Position numbers and translations under genes: made by a program
Origin: Sphingomicrobium sp.
Lineage (GTDB): Bacteria > Pseudomonadota > Alphaproteobacteria > Sphingomonadales > Sphingomonadaceae
NCBI GenBank assembly: GCA_035717805.1
Contig: DASTIF010000083.1
Span: forward strand, 4,026-68,025
DNA length: 64,000 nucleotides
Direction of reading: 5' to 3'
Notes under the pieces: model-generated
Database searches by the model: none
Seen by the model: the letters and a program-made list of their open reading frames with translations, nothing else
What the model was told of the DNA's origin: nothing
Part shown: positions 9,403-18,854 of the stretch, in pieces
Numbering within the stretch: position 1 is the first letter of the stretch
Layout: each line of letters opens with the position of its first letter

Positions 9403-10620
9403 ATGGACCGCGCGGACGTCATCATCCTCGGCGGAGGGCTGGTCGGGCTGGCATTGGCGGCGGCGCTCGATTCAAGCGGCCTGTCGGCAATCGTCATCGA
9501 TCCGGCGGATCCCGACCTGCGGCTCGACGCCGCCTTCGACGGACGCACCAGCGCCGTCTCGTCGAGCTCGATGCGAATGCTCGAGGCGACCGGTGTTGCC
9601 GAACACTTTCCCGCGCCGGGCTGCCCGATCCGAAAGATCCAGGTCGCCGACGGCCTCGACCCGGGCGGGCTCGCGTTCGAGCCGGACGAGGACGATGAGC
9701 CGCTCGGCTGGATGCACGAGAACCGGCACCTCCGCGCCGCGCTCCGGACGCGCACCGAAAGCGGGCGTCAATTGTGGCTCCTCTGGAAATCTCGAATCGG
9801 CAACGTCGATCGCGGCGACCAAGGCGTCGTCGTTTCGCTCGGAGATGGGCGAAAGCTTTGCGCGCCGATCCTGATCGCCGCCGACGGGCGCAACTCGCCG
9901 ATGCGCGAGCAGGCGGGAATCCGGGTCGCTCGCTGGCGCTACGACCATAAGGCGATCGTTTCGGTCCTCCGCCACGAGCACGATCACGACAATGTCGCTT
10001 ATGAGATTTTCTATCCGTCGGGCCCGTTCGCGCTGCTTCCGATGACCGACGATGACGCCGGGCACCGTTCCGCGATCGTCTGGTCGGTTCGGAACGACGA
10101 TGCGCCCGGGCTTCTCGCGCTCGGCGACACGGATTTCGCCGCCGAGGCGCGAATCGCGATGGGCGGCTTTCTCGGAGACATCGCGCTTGCGGCGCCGCGT
10201 TCGACCTATCCGCTCGGTTTCCATCATGCGGCGCAAATCACCGCGCAGCGTCTCGCCCTGGTCGGCGATTCGGCGCATGCGATTCATCCGATCGCGGGCC
10301 AGGGACTGAACCTCGGATTCCGCGACTCGGCGGCACTCGCGCAGGTGCTCGTCGAAGGCGCCCGCCTCGGCCTCGATCTCGGCGACCGGCAATTGCTCGA
10401 CCGCTACCAGCGTTGGCGCTCGCTCGATTCGCTGATGGTGGCGATGGCGACCGACGGACTGACCCGCATTTACGGGATTCCCGGCCGGACAGCCTCGGCC
10501 GTCCGGCGGTTCGGAATGGGCCTCATCGACCGGGTGTCGCCGATCAAGAACCGACTGATGGCGGAAGCGCGCGGCACAAGCGGCGACCTGCCGCTGCTGC
10601 TCCGGGGACTGCCGATCTAG
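9403..10620 (+). CDS. UbiH/UbiF/UbiL family FAD-dependent ubiquinone hydroxylase
   Basis: GGGLVG, AADGRNS, GPFALLP and GDSAHAIHPIAGQGLNLG motifs. Confidence 0.92.
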   Translation: MDRADVIILGGGLVGLALAAALDSSGLSAIVIDPADPDLRLDAAFDGRTSAVSSSSMRMLEATGVAEHFPAPGCPIRKIQVADGLDPGGLAFEPDEDDEPLGWMHENRHLRAALRTRTESGRQLWLLWKSRIGNVDRGDQGVVVSLGDGRKLCAPILIAADGRNSPMREQAGIRVARWRYDHKAIVSVLRHEHDHDNVAYEIFYPSGPFALLPMTDDDAGHRSAIVWSVRNDDAPGLLALGDTDFAAEARIAMGGFLGDIALAAPRSTYPLGFHHAAQITAQRLALVGDSAHAIHPIAGQGLNLGFRDSAALAQVLVEGARLGLDLGDRQLLDRYQRWRSLDSLMVAMATDGLTRIYGIPGRTASAVRRFGMGLIDRVSPIKNRLMAEARGTSGDLPLLLRGLPI

Positions 10621-10621
10621 C

Positions 10622-11266
10622 TTATTGCACTGTCGGCTGAAGTTCGGCGCCGCCTTGGCTCAGCCGAAGAAACTGCATCAGCTGCACGAGTAAATCGGCG
10701 CGCGTGTCGAGCGTTTCGGCTTCGAGCAGCGCCTGCTTGGCGGACACGTCGAACGGCGCGACCTGGGCGATCGCGTTGACCAGCATCTCGTCGTCCAGCC
10801 TGCTGACCGCGGACCAGTCGACCGCCAGGCCGAGCGCATCGCCGAGCCGCCGTGCCTCGCGCTCCACCTCGGCGCGTTGAGCCATCGCCAGCGGCTCCGG
10901 TTCGCGGTCGTCGAACGCCCCCACATCGAGATCGCCGTTCCGGTAAGCGGTGTCGAGATCGACTTCGCTCAGCAGCCGGAAGCGGTTCGAACCGTTGAGG
11001 ACGATGTTGAACCGGCCGTCGGCCAGTTCCTCCAGCCCGACGATCTCGCCGACGCAGCCGATCGAATAGAGCGGCTGCTTCGTGTCGTCCGCGACCTCGA
11101 CCAGCTGCGGCTGGATGATCGCGATATGCCCGTCGCCGTCGACCGAATCGCGGACCATGTCGCGATAACGCGGCTCGAAGATGTGCAGCGGAAGCTGTGC
11201 ACGGGGGAATAGAATCGCCCCCGCGATCGGGAACAGGGGCGCCCGAAGCGGAAGCGCGCCGCTCAC
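10622..11266 (-). CDS. LON peptidase substrate-binding domain protein
   Basis: PLFP..GAILFP..LPLHIFEPRY and KQALLEA motifs. GTG start overlaps the cnoX stop. Confidence 0.9.
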   Translation of the reverse strand: MSGALPLRAPLFPIAGAILFPRAQLPLHIFEPRYRDMVRDSVDGDGHIAIIQPQLVEVADDTKQPLYSIGCVGEIVGLEELADGRFNIVLNGSNRFRLLSEVDLDTAYRNGDLDVGAFDDREPEPLAMAQRAEVEREARRLGDALGLAVDWSAVSRLDDEMLVNAIAQVAPFDVSAKQALLEAETLDTRADLLVQLMQFLRLSQGGAELQPTVQ

Positions 11267-12171
11267 GTGAACAGAAGTGCCGAGAGACGGCGTCGCTGGG
11301 CCCGCGCCCAATTGTCTTCGAGGCCTTGCGCTTCGATCAGCTGCAACAGCCGTTTGCGGCCGGCGCCTTCGTCCCACTCGCGGTCGCGCTCGATAATCGC
11401 GAACAGCTGATCGGCGGCGCCGTCGCGATCGCCAGTTGCCATCCGCGAGCCCGCTAGATCGAAGCGCGCCTGCAGGTCGTCGGGATCGGCCGCGACTTTC
11501 CGCTCGAGCTCGGCTGCCGAGTCCGCGCTCCCCGCCGCCGCCGTTTCAAGCGCGGCCCGCGCCCGGCCGATGGCGGCGTCACCTGCATGGTCGGGCGGCA
11601 CCGAGCCGAGGATCGAACGCGCTTCGCCCACGTCTCCGCAAGCGATGAGCGCACGCACCAGCCCGCCCACGGCGGCCGAATCGTCGGGCGCGATCTCGCG
11701 CACCTGGCGGAAGATGCTGGCCGCGCGCGCCGCGTCGCCGCCGGCAAGCACTTCCTCGCCCATGGCGATGAGCGGCCCGATGTCCGCCTGCTCCGGCTCG
11801 CCTTCGCCTCCTACGCCGAGCTGGGCGATGAGCTGGTCGAGTACCCGGGTGAGCTGGCCCTCGGTCCGGTAATTGGTGAGATCGGCGACCGGCTGGCCCT
11901 GATAGAAGGCATAGACGGTCGGGATCGACTGTACCCGAAACTGGGCGGCGATGATCTTGTCCGCCTCGACGTCGATCTTGACCAGCTTGACGCCCCTGGC
12001 AGCATAGTCCGACGCGATCTTGTCGAGCACCGGCGAAAGCTGCTTGCACGGCCCGCACCACTCGGCCCAGAAATCGAGCAGCACCAGGTTGGTCATCGAC
12101 GGCTGGATCACGTTGCGGTCAAGCCTGGTTACCGCGTCGCGCTCCGCCTCGCTCAATCCCAATGTCGCCAC
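11263..12171 (-). CDS. cnoX: Thioredoxin-TPR chaperedoxin (CnoX/YbbN)
   Basis: DFWAEWCGPCKQL thioredoxin domain, TPR region, C-terminal RRRLSALLF. Confidence 0.92.
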   Translation of the reverse strand: MATLGLSEAERDAVTRLDRNVIQPSMTNLVLLDFWAEWCGPCKQLSPVLDKIASDYAARGVKLVKIDVEADKIIAAQFRVQSIPTVYAFYQGQPVADLTNYRTEGQLTRVLDQLIAQLGVGGEGEPEQADIGPLIAMGEEVLAGGDAARAASIFRQVREIAPDDSAAVGGLVRALIACGDVGEARSILGSVPPDHAGDAAIGRARAALETAAAGSADSAAELERKVAADPDDLQARFDLAGSRMATGDRDGAADQLFAIIERDREWDEGAGRKRLLQLIEAQGLEDNWARAQRRRLSALLFT

Positions 12172-12204
12172 GCCGGCCCTTTCGATTCCCTGGCTCGGCC
12201 CTCC

Positions 12205-12233
12205 ATATGGTCTCCGAGCGGGCAGCTCACAAG
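12205..12233 (-). promoter_or_regulatory. RpoH (sigma32)-type promoter of cnoX and the LON-domain gene
   Basis: Minus strand reads CTTG-N19-CCATAT, about 35 nt upstream of the cnoX start. Fits a heat-shock gene. Confidence 0.6.
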
Positions 12234-12321
12234 CCGATGCGACGGGCGCTTGCAGCCGGGCGCCGGGCCATGCTAGGCGCCCGCCACCTCAGCCGCCGGT
12301 CGCGCGGCCGAACGCCAGTGA

Positions 12322-12396
12322 GCGGGCGTAGCTCAGGGGTAGAGCACAACCTTGCCAAGGTTGGGGTCGAGGGTTCGAATCCCTTCGCCCGCTCCA
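12322..12396 (+). tRNA. tRNA-Gly (GCC)
   Basis: GCGGGCG/CGCCCGC acceptor stem, anticodon loop TTGCCAA, GGTTCGAATC T-loop, encoded CCA. 75 nt. Confidence 0.98.
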
Positions 12397-12426
12397 GTCT
12401 TTTCAGGAATTCAGCGATTCGGCGGC

Positions 12427-13431
12427 TCAGGCCGCGTCGGGCGGGACGATCTTGACGACCCGTTCGGGACTCTCTTCGCCCAGAAGTTCGCGGAAATAGG
12501 CGATCGTCGACTTGAGCCCGTCGTCGAGGCTGACTCGCGGCTCCCATCCCAATAGCTCGCGGGCCTTCGCGATGTCGGGCTGGCGCTGCTGCGGGTCGTC
12601 GGCGGGAAGATCGCGAATCTCCAGCTCGACGTTCGATCCGGTCTTGCGGATGATCAGCTCGGCCAGCTCGCGAACCGACATTTCGTTCGGGTTGCCGATG
12701 TTGACCGGCCCAGTGACCTCGTCGGGGGTATTCATCAGCCGCACCAGCCCGTCGATCGTGTCGTCGACGTAGCAGAAGCTGCGGGTCTGGCTGCCGTGGC
12801 CGTAGATGGTCAGCGGCTTGCCCTGAAGCGCGTGGACGATGAAGTTGGACACCACCCGCCCGTCGTTGGGGTGCATGTTCGGGCCGTAGGTGTTGAATAT
12901 CCGAGCGACCTTGATCTGCAGGCCGAGCTGGCGGCGATAGTCGAAGAACAAGGTCTCCGCGCAGCGCTTGCCCTCGTCGTAACAGCTTCGGGTCCCGATC
13001 GGATTGACGTGGCCCCAATAGTCTTCGGACTGGGGATGGACAGTCGGGTCGCCATAGACCTCGCTGGTCGATGCCTGAAGGATCGGCACCCCCAGCCGCT
13101 TGGCGAGGCCGAGCATGTTGATCGCGCCGTGAACGCTGGTCTTGGTCGTCTGGATCGGGTCGTGCTGGTAGTGGATCGGCGAGGCCGGGCAGGCCAGATT
13201 GTAGATCTGGTCGACCTCGACATAGAGCGGGAAAGTGATGTCGTGCCGCATCACCTCGAACGCCGGATTGTTGAGCAGGTGAGCGATGTTGCGCCGCGTG
13301 CCGGTGTAGAAATTGTCGACGCACAGCACTTCGTGGCCCGCCTCGATCAGACGCGAGCATAGATGCGAACCAAGGAAACCGGCGCCGCCGGTGACCAGCA
13401 CGCGTTTTTCGTCGAGATCGTTCCGCCGCAT
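12427..13431 (-). CDS. UDP-glucuronate decarboxylase (UDP-xylose synthase) family
   Basis: [37 protein letters not shown] and ARIFNTYGP motifs. Confidence 0.93.
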   Translation of the reverse strand: MRRNDLDEKRVLVTGGAGFLGSHLCSRLIEAGHEVLCVDNFYTGTRRNIAHLLNNPAFEVMRHDITFPLYVEVDQIYNLACPASPIHYQHDPIQTTKTSVHGAINMLGLAKRLGVPILQASTSEVYGDPTVHPQSEDYWGHVNPIGTRSCYDEGKRCAETLFFDYRRQLGLQIKVARIFNTYGPNMHPNDGRVVSNFIVHALQGKPLTIYGHGSQTRSFCYVDDTIDGLVRLMNTPDEVTGPVNIGNPNEMSVRELAELIIRKTGSNVELEIRDLPADDPQQRQPDIAKARELLGWEPRVSLDDGLKSTIAYFRELLGEESPERVVKIVPPDAA

Positions 13432-13495
13432 CGGCGGACGCCTAGACCATCGGCCGTGCAAAACAAGTGCTCGGCCGCTCCCCAACAAGGCCGGC

Positions 13496-14152
13496 TCAGC
13501 CGGGCGCTCGCTCCCTGAACCATTTGGTGATGATGAACTTGACCCCGCGCCGGACCTTCATTCCCTGGTGGATTGTGGCGGGGTTCGGAGCGCCGTCGGC
13601 GCCGAGGTTGTTCCAGGCGAGAAGCTTGCCCGCCTCGGGCCGGATCGTCTTCCCGATCGCCTTGAACCGCGTCGCCCCGCCGTCCTCGGGCTCGTTCAGA
13701 TAGACCATCGCCGTCCATGTCCGCTGGCCGGTGTCGGCGGTGTGAACGTAATGATCGTAGCCGCCCGGCTCGAAGGTGTCGGTGTGCGGCTTAAACTCCT
13801 GGCCTGCCGAATAGCGCTGTCCCTGAATCGGCTCGCTCGCCGCGAGTTCCAGCCCCAGGAGCCCGGCGATCTTCCGGTCGACGGAGGCAACCGCCTGGTC
13901 GTGAGAGTCGAGGTCGCAAGTCTCGCTGGTTCGGAAATTGGCGATTCCGACGTCGTCTGCGATTTCGGACGGCCGCCGCCGGGCTTCGATCCGGTCGATC
14001 AGCGCCGCGCAATCCTGCGGACCGAGAAAATCCCGGACAACGAAAAGATCGAGCCTGGCGCTCGGCACCTTCTGAACGCCCGGCGTCCGTGCAAGGCGCT
14101 CGGCCGGGCTGGACGGATCAGAGCGCGTATTGCTGTCCCTTAACCGAATCAT
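13496..14152 (-). CDS. Prolyl 4-hydroxylase-like 2OG-Fe(II) oxygenase
   Basis: [30 protein letters not shown] and HQG..V..G.K.IITKW motifs. Start uncertain. Confidence 0.88.
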   Translation of the reverse strand: MIRLRDSNTRSDPSSPAERLARTPGVQKVPSARLDLFVVRDFLGPQDCAALIDRIEARRRPSEIADDVGIANFRTSETCDLDSHDQAVASVDRKIAGLLGLELAASEPIQGQRYSAGQEFKPHTDTFEPGGYDHYVHTADTGQRTWTAMVYLNEPEDGGATRFKAIGKTIRPEAGKLLAWNNLGADGAPNPATIHQGMKVRRGVKFIITKWFRERAPG

Positions 14153-15239
14153 GCTGCTCGATCACGGCTTCGATGACATTGTTCATCAGCTTCATTCGCA
14201 CCGGCAGCGGAGTCGAGGTCTTCTTGATCATCACCGCGACCGCATAGCTTCGGCCGTCGGGAGCGGTCAGGATTCCGATGTCGTTATACCCCGCCTGGAC
14301 TCCGTCGAGCTCTTGGCCCGTGCCGGTCTTGTGGCTGATCGTCCATCCGGGCCGAAGTCCGCCGCGCAGGCGGTTCGGGCCGGTGTGGGTATTGCCCATG
14401 ATGTTGAGCAATCGGGTCGTGGAAGCCGGCGACAGCAGGTCGCCCTTCTTCAGCCGTGCGAGCGCGTTGACGATCGCGCTCGGCGCCGCGCCGTCATAGG
14501 GGTCCTCGATATAGCGGTTGAACGCCGCCCGCCGGACCGACTTCGGAAGCGCGTTGCGAGCCTCGAAGAAAGCGTTGCCGAGCGAATAGCTCTGCGACCA
14601 GATCAGGCCGGCGATCTTGCTCTGGAGCGCGCGCTCGCCGTTGTAGAAGCGGATCGCTCCGAGATGTTTGGCGGCGATCATCTTGCGCACCGCATCGGCG
14701 CCGCCGACCGAGCGCATCAGCTTGTCGTTGGCGGTGTTGTCGCTGGTGGTGATGGCCTTCACCATCAGATCCTCGAGCGTGGTCGTATAGCCGCCGCCGA
14801 GGATCTTCGAGCGGATCGGCTGGTGGAACAGGGTGAGGTCGGACTTGCCGAGGCTGACTCGGTCGTCGAGCTCGACCTTGCCCTTGTCGACCGAGTCGAG
14901 CGCGGTGATCGACACCCACAGCTTGGACACGCTTTGCTGCGGGTAGAGCTCGTCTTCCTTCCACCCGGTCGCCCAGCCGTCGTCGATCGACCTGACCGCG
15001 ATTCCGACGCGGCCGTCGAACTTGCGTCCAAGCGAGTCGATCCGGTCGCGGAGCGCGGCGGGCGCGCTGACCGGTTTCGGCGCGACAGCGCGCTGCGCCT
15101 GCGTCGGCCTGGCAGCAGGCTTGGAGGGCGCTTCCCGCGCGGAATTAGGCTTGTCCGCGGTGTTGATCGCGGCGGCGCCGACCTGGGTCAGTCCGGCCAG
15201 CGCCAAAGCGAGACCGAAACGGCTCCAAACTGACGTCAT
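14118..15239 (-). CDS. Class A beta-lactamase-like serine hydrolase
   Basis: Signal peptide. SVSK (SxxK), SDN, E in NGERAL, HKTGTG and NDIG motifs. Confidence 0.85.
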   Translation of the reverse strand: MTSVWSRFGLALALAGLTQVGAAAINTADKPNSAREAPSKPAARPTQAQRAVAPKPVSAPAALRDRIDSLGRKFDGRVGIAVRSIDDGWATGWKEDELYPQQSVSKLWVSITALDSVDKGKVELDDRVSLGKSDLTLFHQPIRSKILGGGYTTTLEDLMVKAITTSDNTANDKLMRSVGGADAVRKMIAAKHLGAIRFYNGERALQSKIAGLIWSQSYSLGNAFFEARNALPKSVRRAAFNRYIEDPYDGAAPSAIVNALARLKKGDLLSPASTTRLLNIMGNTHTGPNRLRGGLRPGWTISHKTGTGQELDGVQAGYNDIGILTAPDGRSYAVAVMIKKTSTPLPVRMKLMNNVIEAVIEQHDSVKGQQYAL

Positions 15240-15371
15240 GAGCTCAAAACTCCCCCGATGATTGCTCTGTGCGTCAAAGGCTTAGCGCAGCCGGCCTGAA
15301 CCTTTGCTGTGCGCGGCGCGCGAAGATTCGCACGGCCGATTCGCCTTGCCAACCCCTGAAAAAACCGAGCG

Positions 15372-16184
15372 CTAGGGCCTGTCGCCCAACAGGGCGGCGG
15401 ATTCGACCTCGTCGAGCGCGCGATGGACGATCACATATTGCCTGGCGCTGGCGATCCAGTCGCGCGCTCGCGGAGCGCCCGGAAGGCGCATCGTCTCGGC
15501 CAGCGCGGCATCGACCTCGCCGGCCATGAGGTGCGCGAGCGCCCGCTCGTAGCGCGCCTGCGGCTGGCTCGACGGCCGGTCCGAGTGGTGGACCGTGATC
15601 AGCGACGAAAGGCCGCGCTTGATTCCGCTCCACAGCCCTTCGTTCGGCGGCGGTCCGAGCAGGTCGCCCTGGAGGTCCTGATATTGAGCAATGAGATCGG
15701 TCAGTTGGGCGGGACTCCGCGACGCCGTCACCACCGTCGCCACCGCCTGCGGATGATCCTTGCCGAAACGGTCGACGAGCAAGGGCTCGAGATAGCCGAG
15801 CGCGACGCCGCGTTCGATCGCCCGGCGCGCTGCGAACGCGATCAGAAGGGCATCCGCGCGGCCGGCGGAGCCCTGGACCTGCTCACTCGCATTTTCGACC
15901 CGCTGGACCCTCGTCTGAAGTTGCCTGATCTCCTGCGCGATCGCGGGATTGAGCGTTTGCGCGGACTGACTCGGGATAATTTGTTGCGGCCCTGGCTGCG
16001 GCCGCGGCGGATTGAAGTTCTGCGACCGGACGCCAGCCGCCTGCGGTGCGACCCCGAGGAAACGCGCGGCGGACTCATTGTGCGCGAGCGCCCAGACAGC
16101 CGCGGATGCGCCGGCGAGGATCAGCACCAGGCCGATCAGAAGCCGCGCCGTCCAGCTTATGGTTGCTCGTCCCGCCCCGTCCAT
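15372..16184 (-). CDS. Mitofilin/alphaMic60-like membrane protein
   Basis: N-terminal TM, coiled coil, ARRAIERG, SSLITVH and A..W...AR motifs. Start overlaps the hemD stop (hemC-hemD-mic60 synteny). Confidence 0.7.
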   Translation of the reverse strand: MDGAGRATISWTARLLIGLVLILAGASAAVWALAHNESAARFLGVAPQAAGVRSQNFNPPRPQPGPQQIIPSQSAQTLNPAIAQEIRQLQTRVQRVENASEQVQGSAGRADALLIAFAARRAIERGVALGYLEPLLVDRFGKDHPQAVATVVTASRSPAQLTDLIAQYQDLQGDLLGPPPNEGLWSGIKRGLSSLITVHHSDRPSSQPQARYERALAHLMAGEVDAALAETMRLPGAPRARDWIASARQYVIVHRALDEVESAALLGDRP

Positions 16185-16858
16185 CAGCCGGAGTTGTTGC
16201 ACAGGTCCAGTGCAATGGCGAGAAGCGCTTGCTCGTTGGGCTGCGCCGCAATCCCGACCGACTTCCAGCCGGGTCCGGCGGCGGTTCCCGCCTCGGCGCT
16301 GATCGCGGCAATCGCGATCGAGGACCGGTCGATGGCGGATGCCTCCGAAAGCTGCGCCAGCCGCCGTCCCGAGCGCGCGGAATGGACGGCGACCACCGTG
16401 CCTTCGATCTTGCCGAAGTTCGACGGCGCCGGAGCCTCGATCGCCTCATAGACGGTTACGATGTCGATCGACTGTTGCGCACCGCCGGGCGCTCGGCGAT
16501 GCGCTCCGGCAAGGTGGAGCAGCCGAAGATCGGCCGGGAGCCGGGCGAGTAGCGAATCGACACCGCCATTCCCATCGTCGGCGACGGTTAGCCCCGCCTC
16601 CCGGGCAGCGGCGGAGGTCGCCCCGCCGACACAATAAACCGGCAGTCCGGCGAGCCGCTCAAGCCGGGGCCCGGCCGAGCGGACGGCGTTCGCGCTGGTC
16701 AACAGAAGGGCGCCGAAGCTGTCGGGATCGGGAGTCTGCCAGGGAACAGGCCTGATTTCGAAAAGCGGCATCCGCAGAGTTTCGAGGCCCAGCCGCCCGG
16801 CCGCTGCCGCAGTTGCGCTCGCGCCCGGCTCGGGGCGCAGGATAACCAGCCGCCTCAT
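16184..16858 (-). CDS. hemD: Uroporphyrinogen-III synthase
   Basis: LRPEPG, LLTSANAV, VGGAT, HSARS and AISA motifs. ATGA overlap with hemC. Confidence 0.92.
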   Translation of the reverse strand: MRRLVILRPEPGASATAAAAGRLGLETLRMPLFEIRPVPWQTPDPDSFGALLLTSANAVRSAGPRLERLAGLPVYCVGGATSAAAREAGLTVADDGNGGVDSLLARLPADLRLLHLAGAHRRAPGGAQQSIDIVTVYEAIEAPAPSNFGKIEGTVVAVHSARSGRRLAQLSEASAIDRSSIAIAAISAEAGTAAGPGWKSVGIAAQPNEQALLAIALDLCNNSG

Positions 16859-17775
16859 CCGGCCGCGAACAGCTCCCGGATGCTTGCCGGCGCCTTGTCG
16901 AGCATTGCCCGGGCAAGCACGGCCGGCGCTTCCTCGTCGCCGCAACGGAACTCGGCCTCCTCGCGAACCCGTTCCCTGCCGTCGGCGGAAAGAATCTCGG
17001 CGCGGAGCTTGAGGTTCATCCGCTCGACCTGGCCGAGGGCGGCGACCGGCGAATGGCATGATCCGCCAAGCGCCCGGGCGAAGGCCCGCTCGGCCATGAC
17101 CGCGGCGCGGCTGGCCGAATCGTCGAGAAGCTTCAGAAGCGCGCAAAATTCGCGGTTGTCGGACCGGCACTCGATGCCGAGCGCGCCCTGGCCCGGCGCC
17201 GGAAGCATGATGTCGAACGGGATCGGGGTTCCAACATGATCCATCTTGAGCCGGTGGAGGCCCGCGGCCGAAAGGATCGTCGCATCGACCTCGCCGGCTT
17301 CGAGCTTTTTCAGCCGGGTTTCGACATTGCCGCGCAGGGGCACGACCTTCAGGTCCGGCCTGGCCGCGAGCAATTGCGCCGCCCGCCGCGGCGAGGAGGT
17401 GCCGACGACCGCGCCCTGCTTCAACTCCTGGACCGTCGCCGCTCCGATCAGCTTGTCCTCGACGTACACCCGGGGCCGGATCGCGACCAGCCGGATCTCG
17501 CGCGGCCGAACGACCTCCACGTCCTTCATCGAATGGACCGCGAAATCGATATCGCCGTTCAACAGGGCGGCATCGAGCTCCTTGGTCCACAGGCCCTTCC
17601 CGCCGACTTCGGCGAGCGGACGGTCGGCGATCTGGTCGCCGCTGGTCTTGATCGGAACGATTTCGACATGCTCGGCGGGCCAGCGCTCCGCGACTTCCAG
17701 AGCCGAGGCGATCTTGCGCGCCTGAACCATCGCCAGCGGCGATCCGCGCGTGCCGAGTCTGGGGTTGCGAAGCAT
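16855..17775 (-). CDS. hemC: Hydroxymethylbilane synthase
   Basis: GTRGSPLA, GGKGLWTKE, AVHSMKD, GTSSPRR, LRGNV and LGGSCHSP motifs. Confidence 0.97.
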   Translation of the reverse strand: MLRNPRLGTRGSPLAMVQARKIASALEVAERWPAEHVEIVPIKTSGDQIADRPLAEVGGKGLWTKELDAALLNGDIDFAVHSMKDVEVVRPREIRLVAIRPRVYVEDKLIGAATVQELKQGAVVGTSSPRRAAQLLAARPDLKVVPLRGNVETRLKKLEAGEVDATILSAAGLHRLKMDHVGTPIPFDIMLPAPGQGALGIECRSDNREFCALLKLLDDSASRAAVMAERAFARALGGSCHSPVAALGQVERMNLKLRAEILSADGRERVREEAEFRCGDEEAPAVLARAMLDKAPASIRELFAAG

Positions 17776-17822
17776 TTGCCTCCACTAGTGCATCGCCCGG
17801 CGTTCAGGCAAAGGGCTAACGC

Positions 17823-18854
17823 ATGGCGCTCATCCTCGGCCTCGAATCCTCCTGCGACGACACTGCCGCTGCGCTGGTTACCGACGACCGGAAAATCCTC
17901 GCCCAGGCCGTGGTCGGGCAGAACGAGGCGCACCGGCCGTTCGGCGGAGTAGTCCCCGAAGTCGCGGCGCGGGCGCATGTGCAGATCCTGCCCGATCTGG
18001 TCCGTCGGGTGCTTGCCGAAGCGAACATTGAAATCGACGATGTCGACGCGATCGCCGCGACTGCCGGCCCCGGGCTGATCGGCGGTGTCATGGTCGCTCT
18101 TCTCACCGCCAAGGGCCTCGCCCTGTCGACGGTCAAGCCGTTGATCGCCGTCAACCACCTCGAAGGGCACGCGCTTTCGCCTCGGCTCGTCGATCCCGAT
18201 CTCGACTTTCCCTACCTGCTCCTGCTGGTTTCGGGCGGGCATTGCCAGCTTCTCGAAGTGCTCGGAGTTGGCGATTACCGCCGCCTCGCGACCACCATCG
18301 ACGATGCCGCCGGCGAGGCGTTCGACAAGGCTGCCAAGCTGCTCGGGCGTCCTTATCCCGGCGGCCCCGCGATCGAGCAATTTGCTCGCGAGGGCGATCC
18401 CGCCGCGGTTCCGCTTCCACGCCCGCTGGTCGGCTCGGGCGAGCCGCATTTCTCCTTTGCCGGGCTCAAGAGCGCCGTTCAGCGCGCGGTCGAGTCGGGA
18501 CAGTTCGAACCCGCCGACATCGCCGCGAGCTTTCAACAGGCGGTCGTCGATTGCCTCGTCGACCGCACTCGCCTCGCGCTCGATGTCAGCGACGCGCCGT
18601 CGCTCGTAGTCGCCGGCGGAGTAGCCGCGAACAAGGCTATTCGTTCGGCGCTCGAGGAGCTTGCGGCTCGAAACGGCCGGCGCTTCGTCGTTCCGCCCGC
18701 CTGGCTGTGCACCGACAATGCGGCGATGATCGCCTGGGCCGGGGCGGAGCGCCATCGGCTCGGATTGGTTGACGATCTTGACGCGCCGGCACGGGCGCGC
18801 TGGCCGCTCGACCCGGACGCCGAGAAGGTGCGCGGCGCGGGCGTCAAGGCATGA
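17823..18854 (+). CDS. tsaD: tRNA t6A threonylcarbamoyltransferase TsaD
   Basis: LESSCDDT, GGVVPE, NHLEGH, LLVSGGH, DDAAGEAFDK and CTDNAAMI motifs. Confidence 0.97.
   Translation: MALILGLESSCDDTAAALVTDDRKILAQAVVGQNEAHRPFGGVVPEVAARAHVQILPDLVRRVLAEANIEIDDVDAIAATAGPGLIGGVMVALLTAKGLALSTVKPLIAVNHLEGHALSPRLVDPDLDFPYLLLLVSGGHCQLLEVLGVGDYRRLATTIDDAAGEAFDKAAKLLGRPYPGGPAIEQFAREGDPAAVPLPRPLVGSGEPHFSFAGLKSAVQRAVESGQFEPADIAASFQQAVVDCLVDRTRLALDVSDAPSLVVAGGVAANKAIRSALEELAARNGRRFVVPPAWLCTDNAAMIAWAGAERHRLGLVDDLDAPARARWPLDPDAEKVRGAGVKA

Noticed and set aside
12322-13500. tRNA-Gly as an integration site for an island
   Set aside because: No integrase is present and I found no duplicated tRNA 3' end by eye. 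The single UDP-glucuronate decarboxylase gene is not enough evidence.
16184-17785. 533-aa ORF suggesting a HemC-HemD fusion or frameshift
   Set aside because: Its N-terminal part is an off-frame reading of hemC. hemD has its own ATG overlapping the hemC stop (ATGA).
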